From Octopus bimaculoides (taxonomy: Eukaryota), in NCBI RefSeq assembly GCF_001194135.2, contig NC_068985.1, positions 31,370,121 to 31,434,120 on the forward strand: a stretch of 64,000 bases of DNA. Direction: 5' to 3'. The notes below the pieces were generated by a model, which was not told where the DNA came from, ran no database searches, and was given only the letters and a program-made list of their open reading frames with translations. This document shows, in pieces, positions 38,401-49,800 of the stretch; the stretch's first letter is position 1; every line of letters begins with the position of its first letter. A program made the position numbers and the translations under genes.

Positions 38401-39566
38401 TATATTTATTAATAAATTTTAGCCCTACTATGATGCTTACCATTGAAGGAAATCATCTAATCTGGTTTACAACTAAACAGTCCAGATTTGTGACATTGAT
38501 GTCTTTCTACTGTAGTAGCATTAAATAAAGTGATGTTGTTTCAACTTGGAATCAAAATAAGATCATAAACTGCTCTATAGCACTAGTGAGAGAAGCAGAG
38601 GAAAATAAGAAAATGAAACTCAGTAGAGAGATTGTAAAAAGAAAGCCAAATTGCAATACATTTGCAATGTTAGTAATATTACTATGTTATGAAAAGAATC
38701 TACAAACCACAGAACCAATAGTGGAAGCCTGGTGAGTACTGTCGTGATCCCTTTGGAGACTCAATGTAGACTGGCTCACAGTACAATCAACTGGAGAAAC
38801 AACACGCTGCACTGCCATCAAGTTGTCATTCATAACATGATGTCCATGAAAAGTCTGCAATGGAAACATAAAGAAAGCAATAAATAAAGTGTATAACAAA
38901 TATGAAGTTCTTCAAAGAGTTTTTTTTCTATAATTATCGGACTTCTTTCCAAAGGTAGAGTATAATCAAGAATTCTCTAGAATGCTATAGATTAATTTTA
39001 TAAGAATCTTCTGAAAAGTGTTGGACAAATAATAAAAACAGACTTACGGCATGCTGCAGTGTGGTACTGTCAACAGTTGGAGCAGCAATGAGCTGTGTGC
39101 CATTAGCAGTTTGTAAGGTTGAGTATGTAGCAATACCATCACTTCCAGAAACCACTTCCCCACTTTGGAATTCATCCACAGGTGAAATCCTTTCAAATGA
39201 AGATTGTGCTGGCTGATAGAGATTGGCTCCATGAGGAATGTTGATTTGGTACGTAGCAAATTGAGGTGACTGAAAATCAACATACTGTGCTGTAAATGTA
39301 CTTGAAGCTGCAGCAGCTGCTACTGCTGGTGTTGCAGCTAAAATTGGGAGACCCTGATGAGCAGTGGTTACAGTAAATGTTCCACTATTTGAAGGAGGGG
39401 CAGCAACAAATTGGGCGGACTGCAAAACAGCTTGTTGTGTCTGCACTTGTTGATGCAACTGTGCTTGAGACGGCTGTGGGTGCTGTGGTGGCTGTTGTTG
39501 GTGTTGCACCTGTTGTCCCACTGCTGCCCACACTGTGGTTTGATTAGAACTGCTATCACTCTCCAT
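20027..39566 (-). CDS. PRDM10: PR domain zinc finger protein 10, 13 coding exons, 4467 nt, 1488 aa
   Basis: Exons: 39566-39048, 38854-38708, 38192-38111, 37601-37257, 36181-35757, 34919-34817, 34730-34590, 33393-33281, 32662-32483, 29264-29192, 26666-26440, 24268-24204, 22073-20027; all introns GT-AG and phase-consistent. PRDM10-diagnostic motifs: WCEEC...CPEH zinc knuckle, [20 protein letters not shown] domain, [60 protein letters not shown]. Confidence 0.93.
22480..22960 (+). repeat. CT-rich tandem duplication followed by a Helitron-like 3' end
   Basis: Two related (CT)-rich units ending GAGAAAAA..TGTGAGA..GAAAGGGG; CCGGGCTGAAGGCTGGGAGGCCTGCTAG near 22930-22957. Confidence 0.45.
23544..23924 (-). 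mobile_element. Full-length tRNA-derived SINE
   Basis: Head has A box TGGCCCAGTGG and B box GTTTCGATTCC; 12-bp TSD AGTAAATCAAAT at 23532-23543 and 23925-23936. Confidence 0.88.
24204..24268 (-). CDS. PRDM10: PRDM10 coding exon 12 ([21 protein letters not shown])
   Basis: Not in the ORF track; tttttcaag acceptor, AA|GTAAGT donor; provides the phase 2 needed by the last exon. Confidence 0.8.
24637..26039 (-). mobile_element. Complete but inactivated mariner transposon in PRDM10 intron 11
   Basis: TIR TCAGGTCATCCCATAAGTTCTGTC perfect over 24 nt; TA on both sides; transposase 25855 to 24712 with [16 protein letters not shown] and [13 protein letters not shown]; at least two in-frame stops and a frameshift; part lies in a gap. 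Confidence 0.95.
26440..26666 (-). CDS. PRDM10: PRDM10 coding exon 11, first C2H2 finger ([10 protein letters not shown]...HLVVH)
   Basis: C2H2 motif; gacag acceptor phase 1; GTG|GTAAAT donor. Confidence 0.92.
27323..27764. mobile_element. Old hAT-like MITE interrupted by an RTE-tailed SINE (27446-27655)
   Basis: CAGTGGTT...AACCACTG termini; degenerate 8-bp TSD TTTTATGG/CTCTGTGG. Confidence 0.6.
29192..29264 (-). CDS. PRDM10: PRDM10 coding exon 10 ([24 protein letters not shown])
   Basis: VWY end of PR domain; ttctag acceptor; G|GTTATT donor. Confidence 0.9.
29680..30175 (+). mobile_element. SINE with tandemly duplicated head
   Basis: Two consecutive GGTTCAGTCC..GGCACCTT.GGCAAGTGTCTTCTAC units followed by (TG)n and the tail. 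Confidence 0.7.
30872..31926 (+). mobile_element. 5'-truncated RTE-clade LINE in PRDM10 intron 9
   Basis: Broken frames [48 protein letters not shown]; subrepeated 3' UTR and (GAT)n tail. Confidence 0.88.
32340..32462. repeat. Compound microsatellite (AAT)n-(GAT)n-(AGT)n
   Basis: Read directly from the sequence. Confidence 0.95.
32483..32662 (-). CDS. PRDM10: PRDM10 coding exon 9, PR/SET core ([22 protein letters not shown])
   Basis: Canonical PR-domain motif; 180 nt, phase 0/0. Confidence 0.95.
33281..33393 (-). CDS. PRDM10: PRDM10 coding exon 8, PR/SET N-terminal part ([20 protein letters not shown])
   Basis: GVFAK and QFGP PR-domain motifs; ctactag acceptor, ATG|GTTAGT donor. Confidence 0.9.
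34590..34730 (-). CDS. PRDM10: PRDM10 coding exon 7, zinc knuckle ([16 protein letters not shown]...[11 protein letters not shown])
   Basis: PRDM zinc-knuckle motif; G|GTTAGT donor. Confidence 0.9.
34817..34919 (-). CDS. PRDM10: PRDM10 coding exon 6 (LRKSNRIA...YNPDEL)
   Basis: Acceptor phase 0; T|GTAAGT donor; the T joins GG to give the W of WCEEC. Confidence 0.85.
35757..36181 (-). CDS. PRDM10: PRDM10 coding exon 5 (S/N/G low-complexity repeats)
   Basis: Poly-T plus cag acceptor phase 1; CAA|GTAAGT donor phase 0. Confidence 0.75.
37257..37601 (-). CDS. PRDM10: PRDM10 coding exon 4 (S/T/V-rich)
   Basis: ttttcag acceptor phase 1; A|GTAAGT donor phase 1; open 345 nt. Confidence 0.75.
38111..38192 (-). 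CDS. PRDM10: PRDM10 coding exon 3 ([27 protein letters not shown])
   Basis: Not in the ORF track; ttgttacag acceptor, CAAG|GTGAAC donor; its 82 nt supply the phase 0-to-1 change needed between neighbouring exons. Confidence 0.7.
38708..38854 (-). CDS. PRDM10: PRDM10 coding exon 2 ([10 protein letters not shown]...TIGSV)
   Basis: ttgcag acceptor phase 0; GTG|GTTTGT donor phase 0; 147 nt. Confidence 0.7.
39048..39566 (-). CDS. PRDM10: PRDM10 coding exon 1 (Q/A-rich N-terminus, MESDSSSNQ...)
   Basis: Acceptor at 39625-39624; ATG in strong context (GCAATGG) with an in-frame TGA upstream; GCC|GTAAGT donor. Confidence 0.75.
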
Positions 39567-41808
39567 TGCAAATAGTTTTCAGTCTTCCTGCCAAGATAAA
39601 GAGGTATCATGTCATCTTTATACCTAAAATATAAAAGAAATAACATTTTAATAAGGTTGAGTATGCAACAGACTAATTAAACTTAGATAAATTATATGCA
39701 ATAATACCACAGCAACAATGATGATCACGCACCCAGGATTGTTTGTGAGCTAAATGACTGTTTCTATGAAATTCTCTTGCGATGCACCTTAGTAACAGAT
39801 GACAGAAAGCTTGTTATAAAGGCTAGTGACTTTAATAGAAATAACTAGTCAGCAAATGATGGTTATTCCTATGTAGATGTTTATGCTATACAGAATGAAT
39901 TTTTGTGATGCAAATGATGCAATAGATAGCCTCTTATATGAATATATCCCCACCCATTTCCCCTATTTTATTAAATACACCTGAGAGCACAATAGGTCAC
40001 TGAGAGGTACTTGCCTGGCCTTATCAATTTCAGTCTCTAAACAGCTCTCCATAAACTAGAAACCAAATGAGTTGATTCTGATATATAACTATATTCATAT
40101 CAGCACATGTAACTAACTGTTATAAGCATAGAAAGTATCCTTTAGCCTTAATCAGTTACTAACCCTCAACAAAACTCAAGTAAGAGTCACATTAGTGCAC
40201 AGCTCACTTATATGAGAGTATGCTGCTGCTACATATGACATCCTAAACCATATCCAAAATGCCATTTAACTGATTAGTAAAGATTCAATTACTAGCTTAT
40301 AGACATGCTGTGTCTTCTCTCTGCCTCTTCTATTTCTATAACAATAGCTTCTGTTCTTTTATGATAGGTAGCTGCATACTCTCTGAATACAGGCCTATTT
40401 GTCTCTTCTCCCATCCTGTACCCTTACAGTGTCTCATCTCCCAGATTTCATATTCTGCCAATCCTTCCTATCCAGGCCTGTAACTTCTTGGAATCCCTTC
40501 TCCACCCACATTATTCTTACAGCCATCAACTCATAAATGTTTGAGCTTAATATCAACTGCACCAATCACATGAGCCCCAAAGAACTATAAAAGCCAAAAG
40601 CACTGTCCCTTTTCCTGACTATTTTATAAAAAAAGATAAGATTTAACTATTTAGAAAATTTCTGAGTGTACTCAATGGTCAATTAGCAAGAAATGAAACA
40701 AACTGATTCAAGGTAGGCCTGCTCAATAAAGTCTGAACTGGGGAACTAAATAACAAGTTGGCTCAAATCAATAGTCTTCTAAGCACTGTTTATATCATTA
40801 TAGCCAAATGAAGCATTATGTACCTTCAAAAGGATCCTCACATTACTGTTTTGTAAATGATATAAATACAATATGAGAACAATGTAGAACCAACCAACAT
40901 ATACAGGCATAGGAAATCAGATTTGAAATTAGCATTATGAATGCATTTTAATTTTTGCTTCTGCAATACATCATTCATATATTTGTTCATTCCATATCAA
41001 TTTTTCCTTACTAGCATAGGTTGGATGAATACAGAGGTATTGTTTTACGGCTGAATACCTTGAATATCCTTTTTGTCATTAATCCTTACCTGTTTTTCAA
41101 ACAATGGATATACGATGATATATGAGCAGAGAATGTCAATGAATATCATTGCTTTTTTGCTCAACAAACTTTTATGTGAGGGCAGAGACATACACATGCA
41201 GGCAAATGCACATCATTATCATCATTTAATGTCTATGTTCAATGCTGGCATGGGTTGGACAGTTTGAGAGGATCTGATGGCTTGAAGATTGCATCATGTT
41301 CTAATGTTTGCTTTGGAATGGTTTCTATGGCTAAATGCTCTTCCTAATAGTGTCCATTTTACATCCATTTTACAGTGTGCAGTGGGAGCTTTTTTCATGG
41401 TATCATTAATAGCAAGGTCATCCATGCAGCTTGCAAGACTAAGATCAACTATGAGTGGAGCTACAGTAAAAAGGGAGGCAGCTTTATGCTAGGAGATGAA
41501 GGGCTTAAGTATGAAGAAGGAGCCAGAACAGAACAAGTTTCCTGCTGTAGAGGAGCTACATGAATACTCATGTTTTGGAAGTGAGGGTTTGGAACTGGTA
41601 AGAAATAAAATCTATTGATTTTAAGGGAAAGAGAAACATTTTGTAACAGCCATGTACTTTCCAAGAGAGCTACTAATTTATTCTAATGGCTTTATGCAGA
41701 GGCACAATCACGACTGGGTGGTAAGTTTTCTTCACAATCAGATGGTTCCAGATTTAGTTCCACTGGGTGGTACCTTGGGTAAGTGTCTTCTTTAACTGAA
41801 AGAAAACC

Positions 41809-41845
<37 letters not shown>

Positions 41846-41869
41846 ATATACATACATACATATATATAT

Positions 41870-42838
41870 CATCATCATCATCATTTAGCATCTGTCGTCC
41901 ATTGGTTTAACCAGGGCTGGCAAGTTGAGAGGCTGCATCAGACTCCAATCTAATTTGGCATAGCTTCTATGGTGGGATGCCCTTCCTAATGCCAACCACT
42001 CTGAGAATGTAATGGGTGCCACAACTACAATTTCACTTGGTTTGATGAGTCTTCTTCTCAAGCACAGCACATTGTTAAAAGTCTTGGTCATTTGTCATTG
42101 CTTCCATGAGGCCCAGTGCTTGAAAGGTGCTTTTCATTTTCAATGCTATTGGCATGGGCACTACTTATGTGACACTAGCATTGGTTACATTGCCTCTGTG
42201 AGATCCAACATTCGAAAGGTGCTTTTTACATGCCACCAGCATGGATCCCAGTTACGTGACAGTGACAAGAGCCACTACTGTGATTTCACTTGGCTTGACA
42301 GGTCTTCTCAAGTACAGCATATCACCAAAGGTCTTAGTCACTAGCCACTGCCTCTGTGAGGCCCAACATTTGAAGATCATGCTTTACCACCTCATCTTGT
42401 GTCTTCTTGGGTCTCCCTCTTCCATAGTTTCCTTCCACTGGTAGAGATCAGCACTTCTTCACACAGCTGTCCACATTCATATGTATCACATGACCATACC
42501 AATGCAGTCGTCTCTCTTACACACCACATCTAATGCCTCATGCCAGACTTTTCTCTCAAGATGTTTACACTCTGTGGTACATGCACACTGATATTGCACA
42601 TCTAGCAAAGCATACTAGCTTCATTTCTTTCAAGCCTACACATGTCCTTGGCAGTCACAGCCCATGTTTTACTGCTGTGTAGCATAGCTGTTCACACAGA
42701 CATCATACAATCTGCCTTTCTCTCACCCAACCTATTCTTATTCTAGCAGCTATGCTCTCAGGGTATCCACCCCAGCTACTGACTTGGTCACAAGGTAATG
42801 GAAGCTATCAACTACTTCTAGTTTTCCCCCTGTAGCAT
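41870..42838 (-). mobile_element. Decayed RTE LINE 3' fragment
   Basis: Reverse-complement homology to 30872-31926; (CAT)n tail at 41870. Confidence 0.75.
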
Positions 42839-43934
42839 TTGATGGAGTCTATTTTCTGTACATTTTTAATGTTAATTGTATCTGTGCACCTTCCACACAC
42901 AACAGCTAATTTCCCTGTTAACCTTCCTCTGATATTGCTCCACCACTTATGTGATCATAACTTACATATACACACATATATGTGTATACATATGTATACA
43001 TACATATGTGTGTGTTACTGTCTCCTTCTCTTGACATCATGTGATAGCTGTAAACAAATATCAGTGTCATGCAAGCAGTGTTCTTCATTCCTAATCTTCC
43101 ATAAGAACATGTCTGGTTATGGGGAAATATTGCCTTGCTTGGAAACAGGTAAGGGTGGTGACAGGAAGGGCATCTGGCCATTGGAAATTTACCTCAACAA
43201 GTTTAGCCTGATCCATGCACACATGGAAAAGCAGATGTTAAAATGATGATGATGATGATGATGCAGCAAATGAAAGAGAGTTACATACTCAATTTGCTGC
43301 TCCAATAAGCACTTACCACATTACTAGTATCTATTTTACCAAAATTCTGCATTCTGAAATACTACATCCTGCAATAATTACTCATTTTTTATAAAGCTCA
43401 TAGCTGAACACTGCTCCCACTCTTGGGACAGAGCTGTTGTTATACACAGACATCCAGCATGTAAGAAAAAAGGCCACCTAACTGACTGACACGAAGCCAT
43501 TCACCAACACCTTCTAACTTCTAACCTACAGATGTCTCCTCACCCTGCCTTCCTTACTGCTACCTACTACAGTGGCCTCTGCTAATCAGACATGGCTGAC
43601 ATATTCCATGATTACTGAGACTCTCCCTGCTTTCTCCTTCTTTCATCATTTATATCGTGTTGTCATTTCCAGATCTCACACTAATCACTTCATCCAGTCC
43701 TTCCTCCTTAGAATGTCAACTTTTGGAAATTTCCTTTCTACCTAGGGGTTTATCTGCAGCCATCAACTTGTAACTGTTTAAGAGCAACATTTAACATCAT
43801 TGATCTTACAACTCTTATAGGGTCTTCAAATTGCTACAGACACTGCCCCTTCATCCAAACAAAACCAAAAAAAGAATCTTAGCTGATGTAAATATCAACC
43901 ACAATAAATAACAAAGGACCATCAAAGTGTTTCA

Positions 43935-44495
43935 TCAAGCAGGTGGAAATAGCAGCCAAATCTTCCTCAAATCGCATCCTACCATTTTAGATGAGGAAAA
44001 GACACATTAGATAATGTAGCCCTTTATAGCCTTAAAAAGGTGGGGATGGTCACTGCTGGAAAGCCTTTGGTCAGAGGTCTACCCTTCTGCAAGATGCTCG
44101 TAAGGGCCATTGTTAATGTTGGTTAACTTGTGATCTCCTGAGTTAAATCAACAACAATTGCAGTCAAGTCTTCGGTGTTACAAAAGGAAAAGACACATTG
44201 GATAATCTAGTTTCTAATAAGATGCGATGGCTTCGGTAGGAAAGCATTTTGTTATGGATTTGCTCAATCACAGCTGACCTTTGACGAAACAACGGGACTC
44301 TATGCGGTCGTTCGACCTAATAGAAATAGCAGTTAAATCTTCTTTACATCACTATCATGTTGAAAACAAAAATGACACAAGCAATATATAAAGTCATGAA
44401 TATTGAAAGGGACGGCGACATAGTTATAGGTAGAACAGCATTAATCATAGATGTGCTAACTCAGGTCAGGCGTAGGGCTAAATAACACATTTCGG
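43935..44495 (+). repeat. Three tandem degenerate copies of a SINE-like unit
   Basis: GAAATAGCAG..AAATCT...ACACATT.GATAAT core repeated; related pieces near 0.4, 13.4 and 28.2 kb. Confidence 0.55.
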
Positions 44496-45299
44496 TAAAT
44501 TTTCCACAATCCTATATCGACATAGGCGCTCGGGATAGAATTTGTACATCATTATTAGTACGCCTAATTACATTGAAATCATATAGTGTCAGTGTAGAAA
44601 TACCGAGTTACAACTAATATGTAACTCTATCGTAGTATGTAGTAATCAGATACAAGCACCGTAAGCTTCTGACCAATCTTTGCAAATCGGTTTCGATTCC
44701 GAATTGAAGCCATATATGTCACTAATGTCACTGAGAAAGCCATGAACGTCACAAAGCTCGATTCTCCACCTCCTTAAACCCGAGGACTTGAACCAAAATA
44801 AAAAATGTGTATTAAAATATATATTTATCTAACAGCCATGATATGTAAAAGTCATTACACTGCCATGTAACCACATTTGCTACACGGAACTATGCCGAAG
44901 TACTATATTTATTAACATGTTTGTTATCTCTCTAATTACAAAATGTATTAAATTCTAATTTAGACACAAAGTCTTGAATGTATAACCGAAGAGAACAGCT
45001 GAGTTTGTGACATTCATGCCGTTCTCAAAGACATTGCAGACACTGGCGTAATGAAATGACAACACAGAGGAATAAGAACAAGATCGCAATCTCGTTTCAC
45101 CGGGGGTTTTCCACTAATGTGCACTCATTATAACAACATAAAAGCCGAAATAAATAAAATTATCAGGAAAGCAGCTTAAAATTTGTTACGTCATTATATT
45201 GTTAAGAACTGAAGAGATTCTTTCAAATACTCTTTTTCTGCGTTTGCAACTAAACAATTAACAACAAGTAGCATGTTTATTACGTACAAAAACGGTCCA

Positions 45300-45760
45300 G
45301 TCTAAGTCTTATTTCGATGATAGGTAGGATCGATCCAAGTTTCTTCGCTAATTTTTCATCTAGCGCCCCTCTTCCCCCTTATAACATAGCGGCCGTTTCC
45401 ATGTCAGCAGGGAGAAAGGGGGAGTAGGAGCAATCTACTTCGACAGGAAGGTTCCAAAGTGGACGCCATTGCCAGGGGTGGGGGACACAACAAAGACCTG
45501 CGCTCATCTCGCTTACCTTGTTTCCATAGACTGGGCGTCATGCAACCGCCCTAGGATGTTTAGTAATTGCACTGAGAGCAAGTTCGTCGCAGACGTATAG
45601 ATCTGTTGAATGCAAACACAAGTAACGTCCAACGATGTCTTCTTTGGACAGCTCATATACAGCTTGACCTACCTCCTCTGCCTAATGGCCAAATCACGCA
45701 GTTTCTCGCATTAACTAGCGCATAATCTCGTAAGCCTTACATTTGCAGACACTCTCGTTC
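45300..45760 (-). promoter_or_regulatory. Probable PRDM10 promoter and non-coding first exon (donor AAG|GTAAGC after 45517)
   Basis: Locally GC/CpG-rich, repeat-free island about 6 kb upstream of the first coding exon, with a strong minus-strand donor; transcription start not determinable. Confidence 0.5.
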
Positions 45761-46689
45761 AAAGGATCGTTCTCTCTTGATATGATTTTTTAATTGTATT
45801 TACGCTTATTTTTTGTTACATTCCATATATAGTCCCTGGTTAACATGTGATGAAAATTATTTAAAAATACTGTTTAAGTATTACTTACAAAATTATTTTA
45901 TATGCAAAAAGAACAAAAACAATTATGTTTGCTACAGGGAATGGAAATGTTTTCATGACGTTTCAGAAATACTACATGTAAGAGATTAAATTGGCATATC
46001 TAGCTATAATAAGTTAAGGTTTATTGAGTTATTGTATTTTTCTTTTATTATTATTGCAGTAGACATAATAGAGCTTCAGAGTATATTTACGTTTTCAAAG
46101 TTCAAATTTCACCAGGGGCTGATAATTTTTTTTTTAACCCCAAAACCACAGTACCACTGATATACTACTTCGAATCAATCGAATATAACCATTGTGAAGT
46201 GTTGTAGAGCAGGAGCCGAAATCACTTCGTTTATTTTAATTCTTCGTTATTTTTCAATCTGTAGTAATTCTGGCAAAATTTAATTAGCACATCGCTTTTC
46301 TGAGTTTAAACTGTTCCACCTAAGTTTCCTTTCGTCTCCCTGATTGATGTAATTAATTAATGTTACAGTGTTACTATAGAAATATATTTCGCTAAAAGTA
46401 CGTGATCAACATAAATCATTTTCTGAAAAAAGCGAGTCAAATGGGTCTCTGGATTATTGGTTCTTAGCCAAATGTTCACTTCTCATTAGACTTTTGCAGT
46501 TTTCTAACGTAACGTTTGAGAATTATAGGTGACTGTGTCGCTAGAAAGTTTATTATCATCATGATTTGTCTTCAATGAAGATTCAGGAAAGGGGCTGTCC
46601 ACATCGACTGCAAGCTTGTGGTGGTTGACTAGGCCAATACGGAAAAAGTAGACCCAGCTATTAGAAAATTTCCATTTTGGATTCAAAGC

Positions 46690-47790
46690 TGCTGTGTCAT
46701 GGTTTTTAATCTCTTTTTGCCATCAAAAACAGTCCTACGTGCATTCTTGAAGGAGGAGATAGACTGGTGAATGGTGCGTTACCAAACCTTATGACATACC
46801 ATCCTTCAGATCACTGACAATAGTCAACGTGATGGATTTCTTTAGAGACTCTTCGTACAACCCTATCATTGATAGCAAGTGGAGAGTTTACCATACAACA
46901 CAATCTTGAGTAGGCAATGATCTTCTTTTCGAGAAATGTACTCTGCCCAACGCAGCTGTAAATTTAACAGCATTGCCTCAATGCGGGTGATTTCGAGGAC
47001 CTCAGGATAGTACCAAGTTAGCACTAGCGGAAGCGCTCATGGAATGTTATGTGGTAATAGTAGGTAACTCATGATTTGGAGCCAAAGAGAAAGATGGTCA
47101 GTTTGTTATTCCAGACTCTTTTATACAGTCTGTTGAATGCAGTGCTTGCTTTTGTCATTCTCTTGTCAAACCCTTTATCATCATACAAGATTATGCAATT
47201 CAAGTAGCCGACCTGTTGGACTGTCTTCAGCAATGTCTTGCCAACATTGAAGATAGTAATCTTTGTGAAGCGCGTAGCTCCTGAATATGTTGTTCCAGTG
47301 TCTTGGTATATAGTCACTTAAAGTTAAACAGGCTGCCATTAGTAGAGCAGTGGATGTAGTGATCAGTCTCCTTGTCATCAAATTCTTTAGTGGCCCTTAT
47401 GAGCTGAAGGAGATGTTGAAAGTAGACACAAGAATGCAACCATGCTTTAAATTGTTTTCTATTGGGAAGGGCTTTGAGAGTTCGTTGCTGAGTCTCATTT
47501 AGCCACACCAGTCTTCAGTGTACCTGTATGACTATGATGTGGAGTTTGGTGGGGACAACCCACTCATTCTATGATTTTCCACATGCCCTTCACGCCCAGT
47601 GTCGAACGCTCTGTTAAGGTCTACAAATGTCACATACAAACCCTTGTTGTATTCCCATTTCTGGAGCTGCCTGGGAACAATTCCATGTTGGCTCCTGTTA
47701 GCTCTGAATCCACATTAGCTCTCTGGGAGGTGTTCTACAAAGAGGAGTACCAGTTTGTTCAGAAGTATTCTTGAGAGGATTTTTTTTTTG
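46690..47790 (-). mobile_element. Decayed RTE (BovB-like) LINE reverse transcriptase fragment
   Basis: Minus-strand peptides NKGLYVTFVDL.RAFD and KASTAFNRLYKRVWNN. Confidence 0.7.
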
Positions 47791-47799
47791 CGATGGAAC

Positions 47800-48171
47800 T
47801 GTAGTGACGTCATATTGGCGCCAAAAGGCAGGCGCCATTACTGAATCCTTAACCACGCATGCGTGGGTTTCAACATCGAAGCGTTCCCGCTATTATTCGG
47901 TCTCTTACCAAGGCAGACAGCGACCAAGCAAGCTCTCCCATTTGAGTGTGGTTGAATCAAGTTGTCTCTATAACGACACCAGCACGAAGAACCGTACATC
48001 TACATTTCAGGCTACTCTAAAACCGGACAATTAGATGCTGTTTACCTTTTCCACCGAACAATAAATATTTGTTGTTGTTGATCAGTTTGGAGTTTCTGCG
48101 TTCGGTTCTCTTCCAATTTAATGTAGGAGAGTTAGGTGTATATCTAAAGATATATAACCCACTCTCCTAAA
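47800..48171 (+). mobile_element. Solo LTR related to the 4751-6917 element
   Basis: Begins TGTAGT; its 3' third (AATAAATATT..GTTGAT.AGTTTGGAGTT..AGGTGTA.ATCTAA.GATATATAACCCACT.TCCTA) matches the 355-bp LTR; flanks GAAC/GAGC. Confidence 0.8.
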
Positions 48172-48947
48172 GAGCGAAGAGTTATTCTCCAAAACAATAA
48201 AACGGAGATAACTCCAATAATATTAGTTAACGGAAATTTTAAGTGAAAGTGACAATCATGTTGCTTCTCAATGAAGCAAATTCCACTCAGTTTGCAAAAC
48301 TTAAAAGCAATCACTATATATAGATCAACCCACTCCTATCTGAGATTTGGTTCCTTTTTCTAGCTGTTCAAGTGACCATGTAAAGATTCCTTTGTTGGTT
48401 CTCACCTATAAAAGAGCTGTTCTACACATTCATTCAGTCTGGTCAGAAGATGTCTGTTAAATGTATTCAAGAAACGCTAATTTTTGGCAACTTTATTAAA
48501 AAATAACAAAGTCAAAGGAAAACAAAAATATTATCTGCTTTTATGATTCAATATAGTTTCCTTTCTGTTGTGTTACTAATGTCAGTGCATTTGCCAGTTG
48601 TGAAGAAGTTCTCTAAAATGAGATGATCAGCTCTTGCTGGTACTATGAAAGTACTGTTACAAAGCCTTTTAGACAAAAAAATGTTCTGAGTGACATTTCA
48701 GTAAACACTAATCAGATTGCACGAGGTCGTCTGCATTATTGTAGGTTACTTTCAATAAATGAATTGATAGGAAACGGAAATAATAATGTTGTGAGACCAT
48801 GTATAACAGTTTCAAATGTCAATTGCTTATGCTCAAAGGGTGACCGTTCTAGGCATTATTCCTGGCATTACCTCGAAAACCTATGGTCTTGAAATAGCTA
48901 CTATACTCCCCAAACTCTAACTTTCTCTGTTTATATCCCATCTTTAA

Positions 48948-49800
48948 CCCTCTGGTGGTGCAGTTCTGTTTTTTTCATGGTTAGTTTGATGAGGTATGGA
49001 GAACCCCACTCATAGTTTTAGCTATTTTTAGTACATTTTATTACTTTATATGTGGTCTTAAGTAATAATATTATCAAAAAACATATTCTGATATAATGTA
49101 TTTATTTAACATGTAAACAAAATAAATGAGTATTCTTTGAAAATGAAGGTCAAAACAAAAGGAAGCTGTTTTTTGGTGGGGAGAGCGCTCCTTTCATATC
49201 TACTTGTTTATTCATTGTTTGCACTATCATCTTTATCTCTCTGAGCAATACAAGTGTGCATAGCATATTCCAAGCAGATGGGCTTATACCACTTCTGGCG
49301 GCAATTTCTTGTCTTACGATCTTTTGACCTGGAGCACAACGAGCATCTTTGTATGGAATCTCCATGATGTTTTGGAGGTAATTCCTTAGATGCTGAGAAA
49401 TGTTGAATCTTCCTTTTTCAAGTCTTTCCTTAAATATGAGTTTGTTTTGCAATGAGGGATATGGTCCTCCACCAACTTTCGGTGCCTGATAGCTGTTTGA
49501 GAGTTTGCCATAAATATATTGTATGCTTTTATTCCTGCAACATTGAGGTCAATGTCGAGTATTTCTGGAAACATTGTAGATGGAACACAACTGATCCACG
49601 GTGTCTACCCCTTCTTTAGTTAGTACTGTTGTAGAAGGTAATAATCTCAGGTTTTCTTTTTTCTTTTGTACTTTCATCAATTGCAGCATCATGATGCATT
49701 GTGCCCAGTAGGACAACATTTTTACCTTTCTTGGGAACATATGAAGTCAGTGTAACATGGCTTAGATTGTCTGGATTATAGCTACATGGGCACTTTACTT
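48948..49800 (-). mobile_element. piggyBac-like transposon remnant
   Basis: TTAA|CCC terminus at 48944-48950; broken minus peptides TKEGVDTVDQLCSIYNVSRNTR and LNVAGIKAYNIF; other end not found. Confidence 0.65.
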
